DNA of 50,664 bases from Catajapyx aquilonaris (lineage: Eukaryota), in assembly GCA_000934665.2 (NCBI GenBank), contig KZ538334.1, positions 62,001 through 112,664 of the forward strand, in the 5' to 3' direction. Below the pieces are notes generated by a model. It was given only the letters and a program-made list of their open reading frames with translations, had not been told where the DNA came from and ran no database searches. Position 1 is the first letter of the stretch, and each line of letters begins with the position of its first letter. The position numbers and the translations under genes were made by a program. Below are positions 1-11,961 of the stretch, piece after piece.

Positions 1-1069
1 TGCGATCAAGTACGAACAAGTACTGTACTCATTACGAGCATGACCAAAGCCGTTAATTAGTCATACTGCAACTCGAGCATCGAACTCGAGACTTTCTCCA
101 ACTACTCCAAGGCGACAGGCCGCCAAAGAGTCTAGACAAGAGATGGCGCCATGCTCGCCACTCCTGGAAATACCTGCTGTAATCCGGCATTAAATACGTT
201 CTTATATTTTTTGTGCAAGATTACCACATTAATAATAATTAAATCAATATGTTATGTTGTTAAAAATTATGGATTACCTGTTGAATCCCGGTTTACACAT
301 GCAACGCGGTGTCCAATCATGTGGCGAGGTTGTGCTTGACGCATGCGCACTCCAAGTTCCGTTTCGCTCCCCCCCTTTATTTCCAACCCTGCACAGCCAT
401 GCAAGCTGTCATCACGAGGGGACCACCAGACGTGTTGAGCTGAAGGCGCGTGGAATTCGACCTCTTCTAAAGCTGAAATTGGACGCCGGGTAAGCTTCCA
501 CTCAGGGTAACTATAACTGCGGCGGAGGATGGGGGGAAAAACCTTGAGAATGCACTACTTGTACAACTATATGGTGTGTAGCTAAAAAAAAGAGGGGGCA
601 TGTTTGTAACAAGAACAAAAAGGGACGCAGCAGGGGCACATTCTTTGGCAGGAAGAAGAAGGAATGCGACAAGGCGGATGGAAGGAGACGGGAAGAAGAC
701 TGTGGCGGCGGGCAGCGGAGGAGGAGGGAGGAGGACGGCTGATGCTGGAGGAAGGGAGAAGGTTCAGATGCACTGGACGAGGACTCTGAAGAAGCCCTCC
801 AGAGACATCAGTAAAAGTGCGCTGCTTTCATATCCATTCGGGAGGGGGTACGCACACCTGCATTGCACGTAACGGACCACTTAATGCCTGCGAAAGAACG
901 TTCTTTTTGCTTCTTGCTCGGGATTCAAAGCCGAGTTTACATGTGAGCCGGTAAAGTAACGATATATCCCTAAACAATCGCTCGCATGTAAACGCCGGGG
1001 TAATTCTTACATGCTTGGGAACACACGGCAACATTCACATATGGTCAGCCCAGCCACTCCCATTGACAG

Positions 1070-1440
1070 TTTTGTTTACCAACTCCCGAGTCAGCAGAAA
1101 TCTGCCGAATTCCATGGAGATGTCCTCACGCAACAGTGGGAGTGAACAGCTGCTGTTTGCTCCCATTGTTGCATTAAGGCCGGTATCCACGTACAAGAAT
1201 CTCGCATACGAGGAGCCGCGAGGAGCCAACTGCGCATGCCCAGGTACGAGAAAATTGGAAAAAGTAGAACATTTTCTACTTTTTCCCATTTTCTCGTATC
1301 TGGGCTGCGCAGTTGGCTCCTCGCGGCTCCTTGTATGCGAGATTCTTGTACGTGGATACCGGCCTTTAGGAACTCTCCGTGGAAACAGGAAACGGTGCGT
1401 TCGGCAGATTTCAGTTGACTCGGAGTTGGTAAAAACAAAA
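1070..1440. repeat. Outer ~40-bp inverted repeat pair enclosing the 1177-1365 MITE
   Basis: TTTTGTTTACCAACTCCCGAGTCAGCAGAAATCTGCCGAA (1070-1109) is reverse-complementary, with a few mismatches/indels, to TTCGGCAGATTTCAGTTGACTCGGAGTTGGTAAAAACAAAA (1400-1440). Confidence 0.7.
1177..1365. mobile_element. Near-perfect palindromic MITE, PIF/Harbinger-like
   Basis: AGGCCGGTATCCACGTACAAGAATCTCGCATAC... mirrored by ...GTATGCGAGATTCTTGTACGTGGATACCGGCCT; almost the whole ~190 bp folds back; TTA on both sides (1174-1176, 1366-1368), consistent with a 3-bp TSD. Confidence 0.75.
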
Positions 1441-3091
1441 GGAGATTTTGGGTGGAATTTAATTTTTGTTAACTGCATCAATTTTTTTTATTTTAAAAAT
1501 AGTGGGCAGCAATTCGCAGGCTAATACAGGTGTGTGTACGTTCTGCTTTTTTTTTCCAGGGCATTTTCTTTATTGAGATGGTCGAGGTGAGCATTGTACC
1601 GTTTTTTAAAAAAACCACATGTTAGGGAAATCTTTGGGGCTTCAATGATTCTGATGCAAAGGAGTTTGAGAAATGGCAGTCCAATTTTTTGGGAACTTTG
1701 TAAGAGACAATGCTTACCTTTTTTGGGGGGTGGAAATTGAAGCGATGGTGAGTTTTAAAATTTCATTTTCCATGTCATTTGAACATGTGGCTTCATTAAT
1801 ATCATGTCTATTTAAAGGAAGATTTTTGAGTTGAGACTGAAAGCGGGGGGAAATTAAGCGGCACTTTTCTAATATTCGTGTTAGCCTGGCAAAAAACCCT
1901 TTGCCAAATGCTGGTATCTAAGTGACTGAAGCATGGGATTGAAACAGAAATTTATTAATGTTTCATTAATTTCATTAACCTGTGATGTGTCAAATGGCAT
2001 CAGAGAGTTTTTTTTATGCAATGTGATTTCCGAGTGTCCCGAAAGCAACAATATATCTCTTGAATTAATATGATGAAAGGCAAAATTATAGCGGCGCTTT
2101 CTTTAACATTTCTGTTGCTCTTCGATATTGACTTTGCAGTTGTTATTATTGTGCGATTTTTTTTTAAAATTTAATTTTAATTTGTTGTTTTCATACCACA
2201 TTTACTTGCATGATTTTTTAAAAATTTCCTGGAAAGAATGAGCATTCTTTTCAAACATTCAGTTGCGCCATTGTTTGACTTACTAGGGATCCTAGCGGTG
2301 TTGATTCATTAAACCAGTAATATTCGATGCTTCTTTTTTTCCCCCCATTTATGTTCTTTGTGTGGGATGTCTAACGATGTGTAGTCAAGAGTCATTTGCT
2401 AGAGAATGTAGTCTGTTCCTCACGCCTTATCAAAGCCAAGGCCTTGAGAACGTGCAGTGTGCGCACATTTTTGCACTTTGTTTCAAGCCCAACCCACGCC
2501 AACGCCTAGGCATCATCAGACTCCCAGGCTGCGTATATGGTGCACAGCTAACGCTTCAAGCTAACCTGATTATTTTCCAGCTTTTTTTAAAAAATAGTAT
2601 TTCTCTCTCTTTTGTTAAAGTGTTTCTCGCATAATTTTTAATTTGTGCATGCAGTCATGAGTTTTTTTAAAAAAAACTAATGGTGAACTTTGCTGGTGTT
2701 TTTAATTCAGTTTTCAGGAGCTTAATAAAACTGTGTTTTTTATTTTTGTTGCTTGTGCACGTTTACTTACACATTCATTTTATGCATGGTTACTTATGTT
2801 TCAGTAGTTTCCATGCATGCTTACTTTTGCATGTGTTTTATTATTTTATTTGCCGATTTATTTATTGTTTGTTTTTGGGCAGACTGGAAACCCATGAAAT
2901 TATGTAGTCTGCAAATAATTCACTTTAGAATGAAGTTCAAATCAGTCACATTGCATTACTGTTGTAATGAATCATTAATACAATCCCTCCAATTTGATTC
3001 TTATTCACAAGGGACAGTGAGAATGCTCAGCAGCATGTTATCTTCCATTCCTAGATACATGTTGGATCATTCTTCTCACATTATCAATATA

Positions 3092-3177
3092 CAATTGACG
3101 ACGGATATAACAGACTCTGTGTTATGTCACACTCATTTCTGCGTTCCCTTGAAGTCTGTTATATCCAGAGTCAACTG
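3092..3177. mobile_element. Short pogo/Tigger-like MITE, same family as 49928-50410
   Basis: TA-CAATTGACGACGGATATAACAGACT ... AGTCTGTTATATCCAGAGTCAACTG-TA; inverted ends and TA flanks; right end nearly identical to 50382-50410. Confidence 0.55.
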
Positions 3178-3245
3178 TATATCCATTCAACACAGGCAAA
3201 GAGAATGAACATGTTACTAAAGGACTGTTACTTCCACACGCTTAG

Positions 3246-6200
3246 GTTTTATCATATCCGAGAGCCCCCTTCAAAGCAGTCGGTCGACCTCTCCGGCTGA
3301 TTCTAGTGGCTCCGCTGCTGATGTCTCCTCCAGCGCAAGTTCACCTACTGTTATAAAGCGTGTGGTCCGGCGCAACCTCAACCGTCAACACCCGTTTCGT
3401 CTCCCATCGTTGTCACCACCCCGTGTTGGCTCCCGAAAGGCTACAATGCAATCCAGATCTGTAAGCGAGAGTTCCTCATCGCTTGGGAACCACAGCATGT
3501 CCTCCCCACGGGTCCCGTCACATAAAGACATCAAGCAGGTAGAAGAAGGGGTGAAGCTGTACAATGGTGTTAGGTACTGCAGCCAGGAGGATCTTGCCAA
3601 TAGTTCAATGCACAAAAGGAGAAAAGATGAACAGGACTATTCTTGGAGTGGCGATGCCAGCAGTGAGGAGGACACGGATATCGAGAAGTATGTCATCCAC
3701 TCGCAGGAGTCCTCCCCATGCAAAGCTGAGGATGATGATTACCAGGCGTGGCTTCGTGGGGTTGATCGGGTGCCATCTGCCTCATCTGACAGGTCAGTTA
3801 AATGCTTTGATTTGCATATGGAAATTGCTTTGAATTTTCTTTAAAACTGCAACATTTCAATGCTGACACTTTGAGCATACTTAGTTTTTAAGCATGAAGT
3901 TTATAAGCGATTTTTCTCGGTGTTGCAACAGGAATTGCACTAATTACATTCTTATCCCAACAGTACACTCAAGTCATGCACAACCAACAGATCAGGCCCT
4001 TGGGAAGTAACCTTGGCTAATGAGCTTACCAAATTCTACGAGGAAATATCTGAAGTGGACGAGAAAGACGAGAGCAGTGAGTATTGCAGTGTCCAGTGCA
4101 GTAATAACATATGTTATCTTATAATCTAATCGCCACATTTTCAGAGGACACGTTGAAGAAAGTTGAGGTGAAACCTGAAGTCCAGAATCCATGTGCAGAT
4201 GTAGAAAAGTCCTCCACACCGAAGAGGACAATTTTGGACCCTATGCGAAGAAAGTCTTCCGCGTCTTCTTCTGGTCCTGGAATTGCCGCCCGTGTCATGA
4301 AAGACCACATCCGCCAGATCGAGCGCCAATCCAAGCACCCTGTGACCAATGGTCTTGAGATTTTGGGGTATGTACATTCAAGTACAGATCAATGGAGAAA
4401 GGAAGCAAAGGAATGTAAGGGAAGCTGCAATTATATCCTTCCTTTTTCAACTTACAGGAACAGGCCAGTCACACCAAATGAGGTGGTCATGATTACGCCT
4501 CCTCCCATGATCCAAGCAGCTAGCAACGCAAAACGCCACATGGCATATATTGCGCTCGAGTAAGTAAATAAATGGAGTAAAATTAAATTTATGTGTAGAT
4601 CAATGGAGAAAGGGAGCAAAGGAACGTAAGGGAACAGTTGCAATTATATCTTTTTTTCAACTTGCAGGAACAAACCAATCATGCCAAATGAGGCGGACAT
4701 GTCGACTCCTCCTCCCACGATCCAACCAGCTAGCAACTCAAAACGGCACATGATAGATGTTGAGCAGGAGTCCCCCATGGAGTCCTCACCTGCCGTGAAA
4801 ACACCGAGGATGTTGGCATTTGTTAACAGACCACCAATGTTAGCAATACCTCCTTCAGTGATACGCAGACAGTCGGGGTGGACCCGCCCGTCACCTATGG
4901 TCACATCACCTGCTGTAGCGTCTCCAATGGCGGTGTCACCTGCTGTGTCTCCAATGGGAATGTCATCTTCAGTGTCTCCTGCGACAATGTCATCTTCAGT
5001 GTCTCCAATGGCAATGTCACCTTCAGTGTATCCTAGTGTAAAGCCACCAAGGAAAGTACAGATGCCTTCCCCGGAGAGTACCCCACTGCCATGTGGTTTG
5101 TCAGCGACATGGTTCGACACTTCAGATTCAGAGACGTCCATCAAGGTAAGACTGATTTCTGCGCATTTTAAGTAACCAATATTTTTTAAAAAAATCATGA
5201 GACCGTGCTGTAGTAATGAACTTTAATTTTTCCTTCCAGACACACAGACCTTTTGTCGCTTTTCCCGATTACAGCGTGACTCTACCTCCTTTCGCTCCTG
5301 GTCTCATCGACACCCATTGCCACCTGGACTTTCTCTTCAAGAGGACTGAGGGACGTACTTCCCAGCCGACGACCCTTTCTCAATATCGGAAGATGGTTCC
5401 TGAGGCCAATTTCCCAGGGAATTTTGAGGGTTGTGTGGCTATCTTTTGCGAGCCCAGCGTTTACCACCATCCGGAACAATACACCCCGATTCTCGATGAG
5501 CCAGGAGTTTGGGGAGCATTTGGTGTGCACCCCCATCATGCTGCCAAGTACAATAAGCAAGTGGAGACTGCCATGATCAAAGCGTTGCAGCATCCATCCG
5601 TGAGGGCGTTTGGGGAGATTGGGCTTGATTATTCGAACAGGTGAGCTCTGCTTAACTGCATCTAGCGTAATTACAAGAACTAATGTGCCTAATTCTTCAT
5701 TGTGCTTCAATGTGCAGGAACAACTGCAATCAGGTGGTGCAGCGGAAAGTCTTTGAGCAGCAACTGATGTTGGCCAAAAGGCTTCAACTACCCCTGGTAA
5801 TACACTGCCGGGATGCGGATGACGACTGCCTCCAGTTGATGCAGAGGCACCTTCCGCATGACTACCTGATCCACCGCCACTGTTTCACCAACTCATGGGA
5901 GACAGCTCAGAGGTGGTTAAGGGCCTTTCCCAACCTGTACATAGGCCTAACCCCGCTGGTCACCTACCCGTCTGCCAAGGCAGTGCACGAAGTAGCTGCC
6001 AAGATTCCCCTTGGGAAATTGCTACTGGAGACAGACGCACCATATTTCGTCCCTCGCAAGGTGAGAGACATGTGCATGAAAGCACGTTAGGCTTGCTGTT
6101 TTCCCTCAGTTTAATAATGTGTATGTGCAACTTGCTTGGCAAATATCAATGTTCTTTTGTATGTTTCACGTTGCAGGTCTCCAAGAAGACTTGTCCAGTC

Positions 6201-6320
6201 TCACATCCAGGATTGGTCATCCACACGGCAGCTCAGATCGTCAGCCTGCGTAATGACACCAGCCTGGATAAGCTGCTCCACATTGTGAGGCAGAATACAC
6301 ACGCTATGTACCGTATTTAA
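3246..6320 (+). CDS. TATDN2: TatD-family nuclease, TATDN2-like, with long Ser/Pro-rich N-terminal extension; 5' end not resolved
   Basis: Phase-consistent GT-AG exons 3246-3792, 3964-4076, 4145-4367, 4458-4559, 4668-5145, 5240-5640, 5718-6060, 6177-6320 (TAA), about 780 codons. C-terminal domain has TatD motifs LIDTHCHLD, WGAFGVHPH, FGEIGLDYS, LPLVIHCR, IHRHCFT, LLETDAPYF, SHPGLVIHT. Confidence 0.9.
4385..4752 (+). repeat. Tandem duplication of an intron 3' end plus exon inside the TatD gene
   Basis: About 4385-4542 and 4597-4752 share AGATCAATGGAGAAAGG..GCAATTATATC..TTTTCAACTT(A/G)CAG|GAACA; encoded NRPVTPNEVVMITPPPMIQAASNAKRHM vs NKPIMPNEADMSTPPPTIQPASNSKRHM. Confidence 0.85.
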
Positions 6321-7548
6321 GAAACTCACTAGTGCCATCCATCATTATTTTGTCAACATCCTGAGCTGTTCCTCGTTCAGGATGAATAGAAGCTCATTTT
6401 TTTAAAGTATTATTTTGTGACTGATCAAATTGTTATTTTTTGACACTTAAGATGACAGGTGCAGTTTTCCTTAAGTTGTACTTGGAACTACAACATGCCA
6501 TGAAAGTAGTGAAAATTGTTAACCATGTCGAAATATCTCATTATTTTTACAGTAAAGCTGCGTTTAAACGCAGCCTTAAGTGTTACATGCCATTTGCATG
6601 TGCATGATGCACTGTTGTTTTAATTTTCCATTCTCTCCAGTCAAATGTCTTTGACTGTATGTGCCATAAACGGTGGCAATACTTCGGTTACGTCACACAA
6701 AGATTGTATTGACTGAAAAAATGTACAGTTGATTACAAACAATGCTCAGGGTTTTTTTACTTAAAAAATGAAAGGTGCAGACGCCTGTTTTTCTCGGAAC
6801 CATGCATGACCAAAGTTGTCATTTTTTGGTGTGGTATCGATGAACAAGTATCACATGCAAGAGTTGATTTTTTTTTCGTTACCAAATTATTTTTACACTG
6901 CAATACTCAGTGCCTTATGAGAGATTTATGTACGCAATTGTTTACATTGTCTACTTGCTCCCACTGGAGTGTCTAACTGTACAAGCACAAAAGGTGATGG
7001 TCCTAACAGGGCATGTTTTGTAAATGAGCGTGTGCCATTTGCAATCAATGCAAGCATTGAGCTGAAACAAAACAACACATTCCAACAAACATTCCAATAT
7101 ACATTAAATTTATACGGCTCATTTTATTTTTTCACTACCTTTGCTCAAAAGTTAATTTCCTCGTATTATTTTGTAAGGATCAGTTTTTTTTTCTCCTCCA
7201 ATTGTTAAGACTGACACGTTAACTCCTTTTTTTTAAATGCAATTTATTTGTGTTGCACTCATTTCAGCTGATAAATTAGTGTCTACACAGCTCATTTATC
7301 AGGATACAAAATAATTATTAGTAAGATGCCAAGTTTTTCATTATTAAATTCCTTCCACATTTATCTTCCGTACATGTAGCAGTAGTGGAAAAAAAAGGGC
7401 ATGTTGCATAGTGCATAAAGTGGCATGACTTATGCAAATAAACATAATAATCACGTGTATTCCTCGTCATTGTTAGTAAACTCATCGTGTGTCATTTAAA
7501 ATGTTGCATTTACCTCGCCTTACCTATTCGAGAGGGCTCGGTCGCAAT

Positions 7549-7973
7549 GGGTGAAATTTTCGTTCTACGGCTAGTTACTACTAACTTAGCAGTACCGCTA
7601 AGCCAGCAGTGGGACGAAAATTCCCACTGCTAGTTACTACTTAGCAGTACCGCTAAGTTAGTGGGACGAAAATTCCCGCTGCTAGTTACTACTAACTTAG
7701 CAGTGCTGCTGAGTTAGCAGTGGGACGAAAATTCCCACTGCTAGTTACTACTAACTTACTAACTACTAACTTAGCAGTGGGATGAAAATTCCTACTGCTA
7801 GTTACTACTAACTTAGCAGTACCGCTGAGTTAGCAGTGGGACGAAAATTCCCACTGCTAGTTACTACTAACTTAGCATTACCGCTAAGTTAGCAGTGGGA
7901 CGAAAATTCCTACTGCTAGTTACTACTAACTTAGCAGTACCGCTAAGTTAGCAGTGGGACGAAAATTCCACCA
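7549..7973. mobile_element. Harbinger-like MITE whose interior is a ~57-bp tandem array (about 7 units)
   Basis: TIRs GGGTGAAATTTTCGT (7549-7563) / ACGAAAATTCCACCA (7959-7973), AAT on both sides; unit GCTAGTTACTACTAACTTAGCAGTACCGCTAAGTTAGCAGTGGGACGAAAATTCCCACT. Confidence 0.7.
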
Positions 7974-9577
7974 AATGCTACTACACCTGACATGGGGGGT
8001 AGGGGGGCGGGTCGTATCACGTGACTTCCAACAACCAATGACGAGTGAGCAGTGTTGCCAGCTGCTTCCCGCCCTTTCCCCCCTATATATTGGCAACCCT
8101 TGTTGACGTCACCAAAGATGGCCACCGCGGGTTATTGAAGCGCTGTACTTGTGACGGATGCATCGCCGCCTCTTTGGTCCTCAGATCGACCTGAACCTAA
8201 CTCGAGTGTCGTTTGACCTGCGGAAACGACGTATCTACTGCCAGGGGTCGTACCAACAGGACGTCGCATGGGGTACACCGGATGTGTGGGCGGATTAGAA
8301 TGGAGTTTGCGCGAGGGGGCGGGGGCGGTCGAGTTTTTACCTCCTGAACGACAGTACTACTAGCTGGTGTTTGGGGGGTGGAAGGGACCGAAGTTTTGAG
8401 TGAGTGGGGCGGCGGACACGGCTGCCGACGGAAGGGGCGTCGTCGACGTCGTGTTGGCGCAACTCACACATACACCGACGTGGCATGGCCCGCTAATCCC
8501 CCTACCCCGGTCATGCAGGTCAGCATCTTGTAGTAATAAAAACTGTGTGGACCGTAGTGTATGCATGGTTGTAACATGTGTCAACAACCCTTCGTACTAT
8601 AAGTGGCTGAGTACTGACCATATGCTACAGTTCATACAGGTTAACAGTGGATAATCAAACTTTTCTGGCACAATTCCGACCGGATAGTGGTCACATTTTT
8701 TCCCCCCTTCTTAATTTTTGTTGAAACAGCCCAACTTGACCTTAGGTGGTTAAATAGTAATCTTGCGGGTTGGCGCCTCCAGTAAAAAAAGGTCGACAGA
8801 AATGGGCTGGATATAGCCCCCCCNCCATGAGCTCCCCGGAAAACGTTAAGAGAATCTGAGGGTTGTGGGTGGGTGGGTGGAGAATCCTCATCCCACATCC
8901 CACCCCTCTCTCTACTTCCCAGCCTGTTGGCGTATCGAGTGACCTACTTTTGGCTCTCCCCAACTAGGTCATCACACAGGGAGTATGAGGGGGGAAGAGA
9001 CTTTGGCTGGAAGGGAATTGCTGTTTCCGGAACTTTCTCCAGCTTTTTTTTTTTTTCTCCATCTAGCTATAGGTCTGACCTATTTTTAAGCCCGGCTTTT
9101 TTGGGGGGGCGGGCGGTCTGAAGTGCATCATTAGAGGGTGGGAAAGGCAGGGATTGGAATTCGATTTGATTGCGCGACAGCCAGGTTGTAATGAGCCATT
9201 TCGGAGGGAGATAATTGGAGAGGAGGCGCTTATTGTCACTTTCGAGGGGGTTGAGAGGCAGGCTCGACAGGTGGCGGGAGCTATGCACGGAGAAGATTTT
9301 GAGCGCCATCTCTTGACAATCTGCAATCAAAGGGGCGCCATCTATTGGCAAATACGAAGAAGCTGCATGAAAACTGTGGAAATCATGGATATGATAATAT
9401 AAGCAGCTGATATTGTGATAGTAGCCCCTAAGTAAGACCGCACGACAAATATTTTCAATGAATACTATATTGTGACATTAGTTAATATATATTAGTTTAA
9501 GATGTATATGACGTTTACATTATTATAATAATTATGCAAGTTCTTGCATAATATTATACCTATATGTAAAGTTAGTA

Positions 9578-9846
9578 ATAATAATAATAATAATGGATAC
9601 CCCGTGATAGGCCCCTTGGGCCTCTTAGGGGATCATCTTTTCGTGAACCGTCTTTAATCTTTGCCTACGTGTGATGGATTTTGATTGCGGGAGGAAACGG
9701 GAGAACCCCGAGAAAACCCACGCGAACACGGAGAGAACCCATCGAAACTCTATCCACATAAGCATCCTTTGCGCGACCCGGGGATCGAACTCGGGACCTT
9801 AGAGGTGGAAGGCTGTGGCGCTAACCCCTCCGCCACCGTGTCGCCC
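9578..9846 (-). mobile_element. tRNA-derived SINE with V-SINE-like central domain, copy 1
   Basis: Minus strand: A box (GGTGGCGGAGGGG), B box (GAGTTCGATCC), central GTTCTCTCCGTGTTCGCGTGGGTTTTCTCGGGGTTCTCCCGTTTCCTCCCGCA, (TTA)n tail; 15-bp TSD TATGTAAAGTTAGTA at 9563-9577 and 9848-9862. Confidence 0.85.
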
Positions 9847-9980
9847 TTATGTAAAGTTAGTATAAGATGTAGCATATAGTTAATACAGCATATTATTTTT
9901 AAGATGTATTGATATAATATTTATATTATATTCGTTTAATAATTGCGAATTCATGTATTAGTTTAATAATTGCGAATTCA

Positions 9981-10257
9981 CCGAAGCAGGTTGGCATAGT
10001 GGATAAGGCGTCCGACTGCTAATCGGGAGGTCCTGGGTTCGAATCCCGGGGCCGGCAACTCTGACCGTGGTTTTCTGTGGTTTCCCACGGTCCTTCCAGG
10101 AAAATTCCGGAGTTGCTTCCGTAATTAATGGGCCACAGCCGCTTCCTTCCGTCCCTATCCTATCCCAAAAATCGCAGTAAAATGAAAGCAAAGAGTTCCA
10201 GGAAAAACAAAAAAAACTTCCCCCCTAAAGAGCCGATAGGCTGATAACGGGGTATGA

Positions 10258-10301
<44 letters not shown>
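9981..10301 (+). mobile_element. tRNA-derived SINE of a second family
   Basis: tRNA-like head 9986-10057 (A box TGGCATAGTGG, B box GGTTCGAATCC), body GGTTTTCTGTGGTTTCCCACGGTCCTTCCAGGAAAATTCCGG, (TTA)n tail about 10258-10301. Confidence 0.8.
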
Positions 10302-10302
<1 letters not shown>

Positions 10303-10483
10303 GCGAATTAAGATATTAGTTTAATAATTGCGAATTAAGATATTAGTTTAATAATTGCGAATTAATATATTAGTTTAATAATTGCGAATTAATATATTAG
10401 TTTAATAATTGCGAATTAATATATTAGTTTAATAATTGCGCATTAATCTATTAGTTTAATAATTGCGAATTAATATATTAGTT
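10302..10483. repeat. 27-bp AT-rich minisatellite
   Basis: TTGCGAATTAATATATTAGTTTAATAA repeated about 6-7 times; further units at about 9934-9980 before the SINE. Confidence 0.85.
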
Positions 10484-10510
10484 CGGAATATATTAGTTCA
10501 TGTGTTAGTG

Positions 10511-10781
10511 ATAATGGATTCCCCTGATAGGCCTCCTTATGGGGCCTACTCTTAGGGGATCATCTTTTGAATGACCGTCTTTAATTATCATTGCCTGCGT
10601 TGTGATGGATTTTGATTGCGGGAGGAAACGGGAGAACCCCGAGAAACCCCAGGCGAACACGGAGAGAGAGCCCATCCAAACTCTAGCGACATAAGTGTCC
10701 TCCGTCAGACCCGGGGATCGAACTCGGGACCTTAGAGGTGGAAGGCTGCGGGCGCTAACCACTCGGCCACCGTGTCGCCCA
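10511..10781 (-). mobile_element. tRNA-derived SINE with V-SINE-like domain, copy 2
   Basis: Colinear and highly similar to 9578-9846; 17-bp TSD TAGTTCATGT(G/A)TTAGTG at 10494-10510 and 10782-10798. Confidence 0.85.
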
Positions 10782-11919
10782 TAGTTCATGTATTAGTGCG
10801 AGACGTATTAACTAATATAGCTGATAAATAGTTCATATGTTGGTTTTAAGATATTAGTAATATTGTGACATTAGTATGCAGCTACTTTTAGCGGTAAAGT
10901 ATAGCTGCTTACTAAGAAGCAGCTTATTGCGAAAATTTGTACACAAATGCAGGTATCTGATCAACATGGATGTATGTCGTATATGTCTCATATTTATTTT
11001 TGACATACATTGGTTCAAATCCTGTTGGGGCAATTTATGTGAACGAACGTCATTCATCGATTTAAATGGCGTAAACATGGCCAGAGCAGCCTGGGATTCA
11101 CTTAAAATATTAACCGTGACATGTGCAACAGGTGGGCGGCGGGGTCGGTTTGTTCGGCCCGCAGGCAGATTGTCCGGCCCTCAGGGAACCAGCCAGATAT
11201 ATCTATAAATTAATGGATCCGTGTGCATCACAGTATGACGCAATTAGTGTTACTTGACTTCTTTTTTTTTTCCCCTGTCCTCCAATGCGGTGATTTTGCA
11301 TGAACAGTTTGTCATTTGAGTAGGAGAAACGGCTCCATGTTTTTTTCTTCGTCTCCAATCAAGTTGTTCTGAAGCCCAACAGAGATGTTTGTTACCAAGG
11401 AAAATGTGGCTAGACTTGTTTTCGCAACCTTTGAGCAATTTACATGACTCTGAAATGACTGCCCGGGGGATGTTTACAGCAAAAAGTAGCAATACTCGAG
11501 TAATATGATAGCATATTGACGCCAAAAGCGTCGCAGTAAACATGCAAATCAATGAATGTCTATAAACCTGCACATAGCTTGCATCAACTTTATTAGTTGT
11601 AATAACATTAAATACAGGGTGTCTAATTATGATTTGAATAATGTAGCTTTTGCACCTCCCTGTGACATGCAGCACGTATAGCAAGGGCGTGACTGCATGT
11701 CACATGAAAAACATGTCCTCCATTTTGATGGCTCCCGAATGACACAACGTGCTGGCTCCATGCACATCCTATGGGCGTGCATCCTTCGCCCCAAGGGGTG
11801 TGTGAGGTGGAAAAAAAAGCACACATCGATTATCTTCATCTCTAATCAGCATTTGAGAGAAATACCTACCAATCGATTATTATTACTTATTAATGAATTG
11901 CAAAGTGGGTGCAACAACT

Positions 11920-11961
<42 letters not shown>

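Noticed and set aside
1015..1524. Overlapping 115-169 aa ORFs on both strands
   Set aside because: By-products of the palindromic MITE; no recognisable protein features.
400..1750. Possible 5' exons of the TatD gene (about 400-489, 652-811, 1560-1586)
   Set aside because: Splice-like sites exist and 652-811 would fit the phase of exon 3246, but no unambiguous ATG-to-3246 chain could be built.
7570..7960. Regular repeat array resembling a CRISPR locus
   Set aside because: Units are contiguous with no unique spacers, there are no cas genes, the context is eukaryotic and the array is bounded by TIRs.
3246..7973. TatD gene as cargo of a large transposon or virus
   Set aside because: It has ordinary spliceosomal introns and a host-type TATDN2 sequence; no transposase or matching large-element termini are visible.
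9986..10057. Functional tRNA-Ser(GCT) gene
   Set aside because: No long variable arm, mismatched acceptor stem, and it continues into a SINE body with a (TTA)n tail.
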